A DNA stretch of 64,000 bases from Lingula anatina (Eukaryota; Animalia; Brachiopoda), in the NCBI GenBank assembly GCA_051362555.1, contig CM120641.1:18786001-18850000 (forward strand). The letters are read 5' to 3'. This document shows positions 22,187 through 50,118 of this stretch, piece by piece (within the stretch, counting starts at the first letter, position 1; each line of letters starts with the position of its first letter). A program made the translations under genes and the position numbers. The notes beneath the pieces were generated by a model, which saw only the letters and a list, made by a program, of their open reading frames with translations, made no database searches and was not told the DNA's origin.

Positions 22187-24188
22187 CTACTTGATAACTT
22201 TAAACATGGGTCCATGCCCTGGCACAATAAAGTCTGCAATGCTGAGAATTGTTTTCCTGCTCTGCTCCTGATTCACTTGATTCTGGCTATAGTCTCTCCA
22301 AAGCCATTCAGATGTCAAATCTTCTTTACAACTAAACAGATCACCTGAAAATATTAACAAAATGTATTTTGTTATTGCCAAGTGATGAAATGATGCCTGA
22401 TTTTATGAAAAAAACTGGAAAAAAAACATTCAGACAGAGGGAATCCATTTCACTTTGCTTGCTATGCATAATGCGATTATTAACTAGAGTGGAGAGGGGC
22501 AGAAAGGAGTCATAGTGGGCATACACCAATGATGACGCCCCTTGGTCTAGCTACATACCCGTCAGTGCCACTGTTCCTTCTTTAGTGTTTCGTACAATCA
22601 CAGTCAAATCCTGATCGGTGTGGCCAGGGGTGGAGATGATTTCTATGCTGTCATCAAGTTTCATAGGAAAAGACTGAAAAAATTGTACGAAAGTGGTATA
22701 ATTTATGTGGCAAGACCACTCCCCCCCTCCACCACCCTCTCTCTCTCTCTCTCTCTCCCTCTCTCTCTCTCTCTCAAAAAAAAAAAGTATGATTAAACAA
22801 CTTCACACACAATATCTGATAACAAAAATCAGACATGCATAATTCAGCTTGGTGCACCATGTTGTGATCTTAACTTTTCAAAATAAGCAAAGAAACGGAT
22901 GGTTGTTGTAAGTGAGAAACTAGATAACTTGTGAAATGCTACCTTGTTTTTTATCATTTTAATTCTAATTTATTTAAAATATAAAAAGTTATAAATGGAC
23001 CTGTGTTGAGTATAAACTTTGTGGCTCAATTAGTTTGGCCTTTGTAAACATTCCAGCGTTGCCCTTATGATCAGCATGGCTATGTGTACACACCACATAT
23101 TGTACATCACCCACTGACATGGCTTGCTGCTCCAGGACTGATTAAAAAAAGTGATATCAAAGATAATATAAAACATCTCAAAGATCAATTAATTCTTTAC
23201 TTGTTTATTTCTATTGTTTTCCTTTGTTGTGTAATCGGGGCCGTAGCAATAGTCCGAAGGTTCAATAGTCCGAAGGTTCATTGGTCCGAATATTCACTAT
23301 AGAACCTTTGGACCAATGAACCCTTGATTAAAAAATCGATGAAAACGTTACCACTTTTCGGACCAATGAACCTTCGGACCAATGAACCTTCGGACTATCG
23401 AGACGCCCCCGTGTAATCCATAATTTGCTCGTTTTTTTAACCTTCTATTTTTAATTTTTTTTTTTTTCGTTTGTGCCTGAGCATTTTGTGACTATATATA
23501 CCAAAAGAGAAATTAGCAACATAAGGTAGGCACAACATTAATTTATTGTCTTTTATCTACATTCTGGATTTGGAAATTATGAAGAAATCACCTTTTAAGA
23601 TGCTATCTTGGTCACTAAGGCTCCCTGTATCTATCACTACCAAGTGTTTCCCTTTCAGTAAAGTGGCCGATGAAGACTCTGGCAACTGGGTTTGAGCTGT
23701 TAAATAAATCATAGATCTATACAAGTACAACAGATCCAGATATACTGAAAGAGGTTTTTTTTTCCCTTGTGTTTTGATGATACAAATAGTAATTTTTTCT
23801 AATGAGACTAAACACATTCCTCATCTATAAAGCATGCGGTAAAATATCATGCCTCATAGGAAGGAAAACGGTATGATTTACTGTTTATCAACAGTTAGAT
23901 ACATTGTTGCAATGACATCAGTGGGGTTTTTTCTATCTTTTTGGTGGTTGGGGGGCGGTAATTTTAAGCCTTGCATATGGTGTATACAACTGAAACCATA
24001 CATTTTATCAGTAAAAAGTAGAATGTATGGTTAAATTGATAAATACATTACTGTAGACTGTAATTATATTTACATACAAGTACATTTTCCTGGACCTACA
24101 CTTCAGATCAATAGATTAAAAACTGCTTACTTTCAAAATTCACTTTCATGGACCCCACGAGAAGAGGTATGACTTCATATTGACTCAT
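22187..24188 (-). CDS. MBLAC1: Metallo-beta-lactamase domain-containing protein 1-like
   Basis: 5 in-phase exons 24188-24131, 23696-23592, 23137-23001, 22673-22559, 22344-22187. Motifs VVIDTG, CTHSHADHKGN (HxHxDH), TPGHT, GDLF, IVPGHGPMF. Probable 5' UTR exon ending at a donor near 24686. Confidence 0.9.
22737..22775. repeat. (CT)n microsatellite
   Basis: Direct reading. Confidence 0.9.
23237..23410. mobile_element. MITE with 15-bp subterminal repeats in MBLAC1 intron
   Basis: TIR GGGG.CGT...ATAGTCCGAAGGTTCA; 8-bp TSD GTGTAATC (23229-36 / 23411-18). Confidence 0.85.
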
Positions 24189-24245
24189 AGTGTCCAGCTC
24201 TGAAATTATACCTTCAATCTTAGAAAAGTGTTGCTATTACAGACG

Positions 24246-24420
24246 CAGTGGCGGATTTGGAGGGGGGGGTCAGGGGGATCCTGCCCCCCCCCCCCCCCCC
24301 CCCCCCCCCTTTCGATTTCTGGTCCCTTCTGCCTAGTTGAATCAAAGTTCTATACCGTACCAAATGGCACCGTTCGCCCTCTAAAATATCAAAAATTTTA
24401 ACGGGCCCCGAATCCCACGC
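24246..24420 (+). mobile_element. Short hAT-like MITE fragment (CAGTGGCGGAT...)
   Basis: CAGTGGCGGATTTGG start followed by G-run/C-run; second TIR not found. Confidence 0.45.
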
Positions 24421-26039
24421 CAAGTGCGTAGAGTACGTAATGCCTGTTTTTAAAAGGAAACCTAATAAAAGCAGATGTAGGTAGATGTCTTAGTCTATAT
24501 AACTGTACGCACTTCCAGATATGCCCTGTTTTTGTAACGCAGTAGCAAATATAAACAAGGCAGGTCCATCAAACACAGCAAACAAATCGCTCGTGAAGCG
24601 ATGCATACATGTAATCATATGTGAAGCGCCTCATGTATTTAAGCAAGTAGAAAAAATTACAATCTAAATCATACAAAATCATTACCTGGATTTCTCTAGA
24701 CAATGTTGAGTGATGATAATAACAACAACAAAACGATGACCTTGAGAAGCTGTGAGTTGGAGCATGCTCACTGAATTCACTGTATTAGATCTACACATTT
24801 GACCTCGCCGTCTGTCAGAGGACATTTAGAGTTCAGCGAAGGCATGGAAGGACAAGGCCTAGCTTTTTTACGTCCAGTGGAAAGGCGGATTTTACGTTTC
24901 TTGCCGTTGTCATTTTCAACGAGATCATAGCTCTTAAACCAAAACCATAGATATCAAAATAGGCCTACTGATGTGTGTAAGTATTCTACTTTTTAAATAA
25001 AATCTAAATGGTTTATCTCTTTTTTTTCACTAACTGTCGATCAATTAACCAAAACCGTTTTCTTAAATACTTAAATACTGTTTCATAATTCTCGTAGAAA
25101 TGGAACGATTGTTTTGCGCGTCACCGGGGTGTTAGACCGTCTTACGTAAGGGAGAGGCGCGGAGGTTCTGTTTGCTCAAGGCCAAAGATGGGCTACATCA
25201 TCAAAATGCCCCGGACACCCTCGTAATCTGTAAAATAATAATAATAATAATGAAATATAAATTAGAAATAAAGATAAATTGAAGAAAATGGAAGTAACCA
25301 AATTTTTTTCACTGGGGAAAATCTGTAATGTGTTCAAACTCTATGTGAAATGCCATTTCATTCAATAAAAACGTTGCAGGAGGTACTTGTACTGAATCTT
25401 AAAAGGGCTGCATATGAATATAGGCCTATTATAAGTGAAAGAATATAAGCCGCATCGAGTGCCGCAGTCGAAGTAGGCTCCAATATAGAAAAATGATTTA
25501 AACAGCAACACACTGTATAGGCCTAGATCAACAAATATCTAAGGATATTCTTTTTTACTCGGACTTTATTACCATTACACCTACACTGTCATCATCTCTA
25601 TCTTGTCATTAGGCTACAGTCCTTTCTCGAATTTCTGCGTCATTTATTTATTTATTTATTTATAGGGCCTACAGAGATTGGATCTTACTCGTTTTAGATG
25701 TGACATGAATCGACATAAGTTATCAGTTATCAAGCTCACTTTATTTAGATACAAAAATCTTTATCTTAGCTCTGCCTTTCACCAAGGTGCCAAAGTGCCA
25801 GTGTCAAATCACCCCCCCCCCCCCCCCACACACACACACACACACATTAGCCTAAAGACCGATCAAATTTAGCTATTAGATGCGTGGATTTTTGGATTTC
25901 TAGGCCCTTTATTTTGAGGATTTTTTTCGGTGAATGAAGCACTAGGCCTACTCTTCCACTCAAAAAACAGTAGGGACTCTACGACGCCCACACGGAATTT
26001 GCCTGGACGGTGGATTGCGTAGATTGCGTTTGTTGGGAA

Positions 26040-26152
26040 TTTTGTTTACCGTGACGTCACGAAATTAAGACTATTTGGGTCAGAACGTGCAGTCAGTTGT
26101 ATCTGCAACTACGGTGAAAGCTGTTGGAAAATTAATGTAAAAGAGTGTAAGT
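26040..26152 (+). promoter_or_regulatory. Probable PIWI core promoter and non-coding exon 1
   Basis: Perfect CRE palindrome GTGACGTCAC (26051-60), Inr-like TCAGTT (~26093), donor GTAAGT at 26147; acceptor TTTTAG at 27670 lies 4 nt before the ATG. Confidence 0.6.
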
Positions 26153-27348
26153 TTTTGAAATTTGGTAATTTTAATTGGTTGAAATATGTTGTGTTACAGT
26201 TTTAGATTACATATATAGGTGGCATATTAGAATGATTGTCTTCTATTTGCCAAATTATTGGGGTTTCTTTTAAACAGTTTACCCTGTGTTGTCTGTCAAC
26301 GAAAAGGAAAATGGCGGTGTTGCTTCCAGTTATTATTCGTTGGATTGCATCTTTGAATTTCATTCTCCATAGTATTAGACTTTTGTAGGAAGAAGGTCGT
26401 GAAACAGATTGCGTTTTAGTCCTGGATTTGTTTGGAAGAAAGACTTAATTCCCTACCTTGTCAACTGCTTTTAAAGCTGACCAAAGTAGAGTTGGTTTGA
26501 CTAGTTAGGTCAAATTTACACCATCTGTGGTAAAAAAAAGTGATGAATAAGAACTGATTTGCAGAAAAAAAAAATGCTAGCACTATGCACTGTGGCTGGT
26601 TACATATCCATAAATTCCTGGGCACTTTCGCAATATTCCCCTGTCACGTGTACGGTCCGTTCTGCTTGAACCATCCGTCCTGACCGACGTACACAGCAGG
26701 CGTGTGTATTCTTGAATGATCTGTTGTTATTCACCTGTACTGTTGTATTTGGCTAGTTCATTTCCTACCTCATACATTTACTATGATGGGGATATTTCTA
26801 GGTAAAATTCATGTGTTAATTGATAATTTTGATAGAGAATCATCCGTCCATGGATCTCCAATACTCGAACATATTAGTTGAGCAATTCATTAACTAGTTT
26901 AAAATTTAGAAAAACTCATACATATTGCAAAAAATTATGTACATGTTAAGTTGCCAGTTGGTATTTGCTGGCCCATTGGCCCAATATATGTACATATTTC
27001 TGCCTTAGCTTCACCATTGCTTGGTATTGGAGTTGAACTGGACAGTTTCAGTATGAATGTATGTCCAAGGGATTTTATTCATGGACATAGACAGGTTGCC
27101 CCTTCAGGCTTCACTTTAAATGATGAATCATGGATCTACGATTGTTTTACCTAAAAAGGCACAGATCAATGCATCTGGCCCTCCTGACCAGAACTAGGAA
27201 TGTATGTTTGAAAATAGAGGCATTTTTGTAGTTCTCTATGATAAAGTCCTTATAATGTTACGTACTGGTCATTTGGGGCATCTGGTCTAAAAATCTACCA
27301 ACCCAAACCAGAAACCTATGCAAGTAATTCGTCAATTTAACACAATTA

Positions 27349-27599
27349 GGGTGCATTCCCAGAGATTTAGATGGATCCAGAGATTTAGATTTAGATCAAC
27401 CCAACGCCCTGGGGGTTCACGCTAAATTGCAGTCAGCCGAGCGCGCACCATAGTTAATTACCCCCTTACAGCTTTTAGTAGGCAGGACAGGCGCTTAAGC
27501 TGGCTAAGCTGACAGTAATCTAGTGAGACTTCCCACAGGGATAGATCGATCCAAAATCTATGGGAATGGGGTCGATCTAAAATCTATGGGAATGGGGTC
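27349..27599. mobile_element. Degenerate Harbinger-like MITE upstream of PIWI coding exon 1
   Basis: Imperfect TIR CATTCCCA.AGATTT(T)AGAT; TTA flanks; small internal duplications. Confidence 0.55.
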
Positions 27600-27674
27600 T
27601 TAATTTTAGGACCAGTGCTTACAATGCAGAATGATTATATAATATGAGTCATAAATAATTTCTATTTTAGAAAC

Positions 27675-42074
<14,400 letters not shown>

Positions 42075-43789
42075 AGAAATACTCAAGTCCAGAACTGTGC
42101 CAAAAACTCCATGGAAATAAAATGTTAAAAAGATACACGTTTTTGTTTGGACATGGACAAATGGTTTGAAAGGATTCGTATTACCATGAAGCAAGTGGCT
42201 GATGGGGCCAAGCGGAATCCACAAAATCATGTTTTGAAATTATCACCTGTTTTACCTCTAAAAGGTTTGAAGAGGTACTGATATTTAAAAAACATTCTGT
42301 CTCAGGGTTGACGTCTCTCCGAGGTTGTGCATATTTGAAACTTTTTTGATTGCAGATGTATTTTCATCCGTGCTGTTTCAAATACCAGTAACATTTTGAG
42401 AGCTAAAGCAGCTACAATTCATTTTATGTTTATTGAAGTTAAGACACGGCATAAGCCTGAAATGATCCATCCAGTTTTGTTTTTGCACAAGTCTAGAGAG
42501 ATGATCTGTATTGGTATAATAATTATTTTTTTACAATGAAAGGTTAAATGCTTTCTATTTTTATAATGTAGCAGCAGTGGTCACTTTGTAGTTGTTTAGT
42601 TAACATGTAGAAATAACTCTGTTGGTATCACTTCAAGATGCAAAAGAATGACTTTTTAATCTATTATTTTACCAATTTCCTTCCAAAGACCAACATTATT
42701 GCAACACCTGTATCAAACGTGCTTAAGCAGCAATATCTGTGGATGGTACACATGTAATGGATAAATACAATAGGAAGGTTACGTTGCAATTTGGAAGTTT
42801 CACGTCAAGAAATTGTTTCATATAAAAGTAGCATAGTTTTATGATACTTCTGTCTGGAAAATAGTAAAACATTTCTTAATTTTCTACCTAATGTTTTTTT
42901 TTACTATAGCTTGCCATCCTAGGGGAATGAGCAAGTGTAGATTAATATGTTAAACAGCATTATTCAGTGTTTCAACTTAAAAGTCAAAGTGCAGATTAGC
43001 TGTTGTATCCTAGTAAATTGCACTGCTGGGCCTGTAGTGTGGTACTCCCATGTGTTGAAACTAAATATCCTTTAATTCTGTAAAAGAACTTGAGTCAAAA
43101 GGGTCATTGATTAGACTGAAAATCTGATGGCAAAAGTTGCATACCTGCATTGCTCTTATTTTTTCAACCAGACATGACATCAGTTTATTTTCCAAGCATC
43201 GTAATATCAATCCCAGACTTAGAGCCTTTTTTCAAAATGTGCCGTATTCTTGTCTGTATTGCAGTTTTGAGAGATTGACCACTTCATGCCTGATTACATG
43301 ATGAGTCCTCTAAACGCCTAACATGGTCAGTTACATGGGTTAATTTTGATTGGTCCAAACTGTTAGAATCAAGCTTGTGAGAGGGTGCAAAACCCTTTGC
43401 TGCATACTTTTGTTAAGACCAGTCAAAACTTTGCAATACAGGTAAGTACTATATTGCATGATAGGAAAAGATATATTTATTTTAATGGAAGTAATCTCAT
43501 GTTATTTATGGTATTAAAGAAGTTTCTTTGTTAAAAATAGTCACTACATGCTTAGTTGTTCCTGTGAGAGAAGGGCTTTAATTGACCCATTTTTAAATTG
43601 ATTTTAGTCATTTTAAATAAATGTAGAAAAGTGACCCAATAAAACTACAAAACAGTTTGCCTTTGTACACATTTTATTGCAGATAGGAGATAGCACCAGC
43701 CTCCTATGAGAGTCACATGTGCTTGACCATAAGGGGCAATTTCACATCCATTTTTTTGCAAATCAGTTCAAGGAGGCAGTGCATCAAAA

Positions 43790-44137
43790 CAGACATGCTG
43801 AAAACTTTTCATAATGGCCGGACATTTGGACCGGCAGTACTGAAAAATTTGCAGGACCGAATGGATTTTTGTCGGACCGAAAATCACTCCATTTGCTTGA
43901 GACAGATACTACCAGTATGATTAGTTTGTGAATGTGATAGTTTTGCAATGGAAGGGAAAAACGCTTTGGGTTTTATATAATTTTATTATTGAAGTATGTC
44001 GAAAGATGACTGTAAATTCAAAATTGCGATTCTTAAAACTCTTGTCGGTCCTGTGGACCGACCAAGTCCAATTTTCTACCGGTCCAGACTAATTTTCCCG
44101 GTCATGACCGATCGGACCGACAGTTTCAGCATGTCTG
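43790..44137. mobile_element. hAT-like MITE with 5-bp TSD
   Basis: TIR CAGACATGCTGAAA / TTTCAGCATGTCTG; GGACCG subterminal repeats; CAAAA duplicated. Confidence 0.8.
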
Positions 44138-45295
44138 CAAAAGTTCAAACTCTTTCTATGAAATCCACATTTCACGTTAAAAATATTGTAAACGACTCAA
44201 AAATATAATAAATTCTATATTTCCACCAAAACAACTGTTTTGCAATTATTCTGGAACATGTGTTTGCCATCAGACCACTTAACCTCCATAGATGGCTACC
44301 CTCTATAATAACCTCTTAAATAAATATCTTAAGAGACAATTACAAAAAAAAAAACTTTTTAGGAAAAAAAGCAGGGACTTGAATGTTGGAACAGACTCAT
44401 TAACCATTGGTAAGCATGGGAAAATTGTTTACCCCAGGTTAATCCATTTTTGGAAGAAGTGAACAGTTATTATCCCTTAAAGTGTCACTGTGTCACCAAA
44501 ATTAATAAGGTGTTTATTAGCCCAGCACTTGTGCCCCATTTGGGCACATTTGCGACAAAAAAAAGCCAAGATGTAGTTTGTCTGTAAACAGTGTACTTGA
44601 ATTTACATACAAAGAAGACAAAATGTCCCAACTCACCTACCACTTGCAGTATTTGTTCAATATCCTGCTGCATTTTTACCTTAACAACCCCTTTCTATTC
44701 CTATGTAAAAGATTAAGATTTAAACCAATTTTTAATAAGTTAAAATCAATATTAATGAAGAAAAGTGTCTAAAGCCACTTTAAGTTGGCCAATGGTGTTG
44801 TTTTCCTTATGCATTCAAAGGTACCTATACACATGCCAAAAAAAAAAAAACAGCTTTGAAAAATGTACTGATCAAATTAAATTTTTTATCTTATAAATGT
44901 TTTTCAATTAATACCAATAATTCATACTTCTCTTAGATTTCATTTTCTTCCTCTTCAAAGAAAGTACAAGTGATCAAGACCAAAGTACAGCATTACGATA
45001 ATGGAACATAAAGGAATTCTGTTTCATGTAATTCTAAACTTGGGATTCCAGTACTGTTTTGTTCTTGGTAGGTTTAAGCTTAATACTTCCTTAATTTCTG
45101 AAAAATCTCTTTCTTATTGAAAGGTTGTTTACTAGAAATACTCTGCAAGATGAGGAGAAGGTCCACCATGAAAAGCCATCAGTCCTACACATACAAAATG
45201 TGCCAAGCCATGTGTGTTACTAGGGTGCAGTTGGGCTACCTACACAACGCTTAAAACCATTGATATTTTTTCAGACAGGTGTCTGTCTCCTGCCT

Positions 45296-46248
45296 TCAGG
45301 TACAGTTGTTCATTTCATCCAGAAGTCTATCTGCAAGTGCTGAAATAAGGGGGGAGGGAAGACCTCTGTCCATACCAAACTGTCTAGCAACTGCACTTGG
45401 GCTGTCATCCTGTAATAGTTAATCGTTTATATCACTAATAACCCTTGAAATGCCCAACTTAACCATATGGGGAGCTGCTGGAAAATGCATATTCAAATAG
45501 ACAATTTTATCAGTAAGGGATTTAACTGACAAACTAACTGCAAGTAAAACTTCAAATTTATCATCATCAATTTGCAAATTTACCACTACCGATTCACGTA
45601 CTTCATAAAATATGAAACTGTACATTTCCCCATCTTTGTCTTCAAATTCCACTCTGAACAATTGCTCCTTTTGATTAGTCTGTTGATCTGAAAAAAAAAA
45701 CAATTTAAAGAATGCAGCACTTGAGACAAATGAGAAAATCCCTTGCAGCAAAGATAATCTTTAACATCAACCCTAAAACCGAAATTATTTGCTTACCTGA
45801 CTTCGACTTCGGGGGTGGAACATACGGCTGAATTTCTGGTCTCTTTGACTTGGAAGTGGTTTGTTTCTTGTCGCCTATTTTAGCCTTCACTTCTTTGTCG
45901 TATTCATCTCTGCAAAAGAGTACTAATTCAACGTACAGAATAATAATAAGAGTAACTGGATGAAATTATTTTTACAATTCTGGCACCTTCTTCTAGAGAT
46001 TAACCATCAGACAAGGTATTCTCAAACATGACACACGAGTAGTGTCACACTTTCAAGAATGTTTAAAAGTAAAATTTTGCCTTTCATGTTATAAATATTT
46101 CCTCAGAGAGACTTAATGAAGGCAGTGAAATCGTCATAAAAATCCACAGTTTGCTGGTTGTCATTGCTTCTTAGTACCTAGCAACTTGGTTTCTGACTAT
46201 GCTCTTCATAAAGCCATGTTTCATATCCAACTTAGCTTTCGCTGCCAT
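45296..46248 (-). CDS. C2orf68: UPF0561 protein C2orf68 homolog (~127 aa, 4 exons)
   Basis: Exons 46248-46178, 45909-45797, 45687-45602, 45409-45296: KLDMKHGFMKSIVRNQVARDEYDKEVK...PEIQPYVPP...LFRVEFEDKDGE, resembling the human sequence as recalled (RLDMNHGF...RNQIARDDYDKKVK...LFCLEYE). Confidence 0.88.
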
Positions 46249-46475
46249 CTGCAGCGAACAGCTGATGCGTTAAACGTCATCAAGATATGTGCAGATTTTT
46301 TATTGGCAGAATCTGATTATTTATGAGTTTTTATTCTAATGTTTTAGCTAAGTAATATTTCTAACACTAATTTATGCTTCAGAGAGCATTATATGGTATA
46401 TTTGAATATAAAAAATAGAAATCTGCTCATTGCATCAAAAAGTGATGACGGAAGCACAAAGCAGTCGACAGAAGC
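46249..46475. promoter_or_regulatory. Bidirectional promoter C2orf68/USP39
   Basis: 227 bp between divergent ATGs; ATTGG (CCAAT box) ~46302, CGGAAG (ETS) ~46449, YY1-like AGATGGC over the C2orf68 start. Confidence 0.75.
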
Positions 46476-49400
46476 ATGGCCACCAAAGAAGAAGCGGCCA
46501 AGCGGCCACTTAGTGATGACGAGGAAGAGAATGAGCCAGGTACGCTTTTTTTGTATTTCATTAAGTTGGAGTTGCCTAGTTACCGTGATTCCGTACACTT
46601 ACCAGTGGTGGTAAATCTATGGATTGCTTGATCTGTTTGTAGCCCCAACGATTTTTGAAGTTACGCCGGTTGGCTGCACTGCACTGTCTCCAGTTGTTTA
46701 GCCCGTTTGCCTCTTGATAACTAGAAGTAGATTACATGAACGCGTAATTGATGATAAACATGTAGTGTTCTGAATAAATTAGAGACAGAACCCTCCTTCT
46801 TTCACATAAAAATACTATGCAGATAAAGCCATAGTGAGGAAAAGAAATATCATTTTAGTTCGTTTTTACTAATGATTTTATTTAATAGTATTCAGTATTA
46901 GCATTGGAGTGAAATTGTTATGTATATGTCATATACATACATATATATTCATACATATATACATACATATGTAACAAATGATACCCAACTTCTGTATATT
47001 TATGATGACTATCAGCAGTAAAAAGGTAAATGGATAGTCAGACTGTCATTGGGAGAACTAATTTAAACTGTACAAGAAGATACTACCTGGTGGATACTGG
47101 CATTATATATACATTTTAACGAGTAAGGCTGAGAAGTTTTATTTGATATTTCTTGCAGTAATAACACGAAAACACCTAAAAGTGGATAGCAGAAGTCGGA
47201 TGTGCCCATATTTGGATACTATTAACAGGTATTTGTGATTTAGTGGGATATGTTACTGTTTTGAAAAAGAAGTGTACTTTCACTCTCATTATTGTTTTAT
47301 TAAAAGGTTATATATCTTTTACTTAACAATTAATATTTCTATTTTGGTTAAATGTTTGTTGGCGTTTTTTGTACCTTTTTACTTAACATCACTTAATAGA
47401 TGTAATTCATTTTCAGATCTGTATTAGACTTTGACTTTGAAAAACTATGTTCAGTGTCCCTTTCCCATTTGAATGTTTACGCTTGTCTTGTATGTGGCAA
47501 GTACTTTCAAGGTAAGAAAAAAACTGTGAAAACTTTGTTTGGAATTGATCATTTTTTTTCAGTATAATGTTATGAATGAGGTGTTAAATGTAACATACTA
47601 GTATTTACATGACTTGTTAAATTGTAAATTGATTATGAAATATTTTCATATTTTTTGTAAAAGAGTGATCACCTGATTGATCTAGTTTGAAGCAAGTATG
47701 TGTTAACATTTAAGCTGAAGATTTTCTTTCAATAAAGCTGAACCTTGTTGTGTTTCAGGCCGTGGGATGAAGTCTCATGCTTACACTCACAGTGTCCAAG
47801 ATGGTCATCATGTGTTTTTAAACTTGGAAACTCACAAGTTTTACTGTTTGCCAGACAATTATGAAATCATTGATTCATCACTAGAAGATATCATTGTAAG
47901 TAATCATAATAACACAAGACTTTCTTAAGACTGAAAATTTTGTCAGATTTGTCAATGTGATAGATTTTGTCAATGCAGAGAAATGGAAGAATCTGTAATT
48001 CTTTAAAACTCTGAGAGCTATTTATTTTTTGCCAGGTGTTCTTTATATTGCCTCGGTTGTTAAAGACTGTTAAGAAACCAGTTACTTATATAGTGTGGCC
48101 ATTAAATTATTTCTCAAATTCTGCATCACAGAATCTACAAGGTATATCTTTGCATATAGTCTTATGACATATAATGAAATTTAGATAGATTCTGATATTA
48201 ACATTAATACTCTCTTTTGATTAAATTTTTTTCAGTATGTATTAAATCCAACATTCAAACCAGATCAAATTGTTGCTATGGACACAACTTCTAAGATGTC
48301 GAGAGCCTACGATGGCACCACATATTTGCCAGGTATGACAGAAGCTATATCTTTACCTGTTAGCTATGTTCAGTGAAAGGTTTCTTTTTCTAGGAAATGG
48401 AGAATATAGAAATTCTTGCAGTTTTTATTTTTATTTTTTGTTCACTGTAATTTATGTCATAATGATATCTTTATCAATTATACTTTTATTGATTAAAGTG
48501 CTTACTTGAAAATTTTTAATAAAATAAAAATATGTGAATTTTGTTTAGGTTGATTAGTTGTCAAGAAGCTGATACTGATGTTTGTTTACATCTCATTTGA
48601 TTTATTTATAGGTATTGTTGGACTAAATAACATAAAGGCCAATGACTACTGCAATGTGATTTTACAAGTGAGTTAAATTTGTTGTTGTCAAGCAACTTTT
48701 CTAAGAATAGTTGAAAACATTTGGGAATAGATACTTATTTCTGTCTTCAGTAAGTGAATTAGTTTACTGTAACCTCAAAATTAAAGATGTGCTATAAAAT
48801 ACCTTGTTATTGTTTTATAATATGTATATATAATATCACATTCTATATGAAAAGTAATCCTATTTTAAGTGTTATAACATTGAGAGTGAAATTGTGTTTG
48901 AATTATTTTGTGTAGGCACTTTCTCACATACCATTGCTGAGGGATTATTTTTTAAGAGAAGAGAATTATAAGCAACTAAAAAGACCACCAGGAGATCAGA
49001 TGATTTTCCTTGTGCAAAGATTTGGAGAATTGCTGAGAAAGTTATGGAATCCTAGGAATTTCAAGGCGCATGTTAGCCCCCACGAGATGTTGCAGGCAGT
49101 AGTGCTGTGTAGTAAAAAGAGATTTCAAATCACTGAACAAGGTAAATTTGTGCTGCAAAATTATTTGTATATTTTGAGAAATTTCTGTAAATAAAATCGA
49201 AATCAGGTCACCAAAACACTCATGATGTGCGGTAGAATTTACCAGAACTTGCCATTAAATTTTATCAACTATAATGTTACAACTAAAATTTAGATATTAA
49301 ACCTTTCAGTAATTAATTTTTTATCTTGCCTTCTCTTTAAAGGTGATCCACTTGAGTTTATGTCTTGGTTCCTGAACTCTCTTCACCTTGCTCTAAATGG

Positions 49401-50062
49401 TGGAAAGAAACTGAGTAGCAGCATTGTCAACAAGACATTTAGGGGGTGCATGCGTGTTTATACCAGAAAAGTACCAGCAGTTGACATGGTGAGAAGAGTT
49501 ATTTCATTATAGATTTAACAAAAAGCATGCTTCCAATGGCTTATCAAAAAGTATTAAGTTATAACTTGAAGTCTTTTGTATCAATTTGGCCTTTTTTGTT
49601 GGAATAAACATTATTATAAAATGACAAATAATTTTGCTTTTTCTCTTTTTCAGAAAGAAGAAGAGAAACAACAGTTGCTCCTACAAGAGGAGTACCAAGG
49701 TAATGCATTTTCCATTTTTACCATTTTCAAAATACCCCAGTCCTTGACAATTTCATTGTGAATAATTTTTTTTTAATATTTTCAGTTTTGCTATTGTGTA
49801 AAAAGTTGTTTAAAAGCACATAGTTTAAGGGTTATAGTATCATAAAATGAACCATTTTTCTTTTGTCCACTAGTAATGACATATTGGAACATTTATGATC
49901 ATATGACAAAAAATAAATTTCATGTCAATCTTCACAGTGCTTTGTAAATTTTATGGCAAGTGTCCTATTTTATCATTTCAATTAGTTTTCACCTTTATGT
50001 TCTTAATGTTTGTATAATCCTTTTATCACTAACATGTAAAACTTAGCCTATGGGTTGTGATT

Positions 50063-50118
<56 letters not shown>

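Noticed and set aside
24686-24760. Signal-peptide-like LLKVIVLLLLLSS in frame with MBLAC1
   Set aside because: In-frame TAG and no in-frame ATG; hydrophobicity comes from a (TTG)n stretch.
26645-26700. Small imperfect hairpin in the PIWI 5' intron as an ncRNA
   Set aside because: No recognisable family motif; could be chance or a MITE remnant.
46393-46614. 73-aa ORF as USP39 N-terminus
   Set aside because: Wrong frame; the ATG at 46476 splices in phase to exon 2.
48612-48667. USP39 lacking the catalytic cysteine
   Set aside because: Known feature of this pseudo-deubiquitinase family; not novel.
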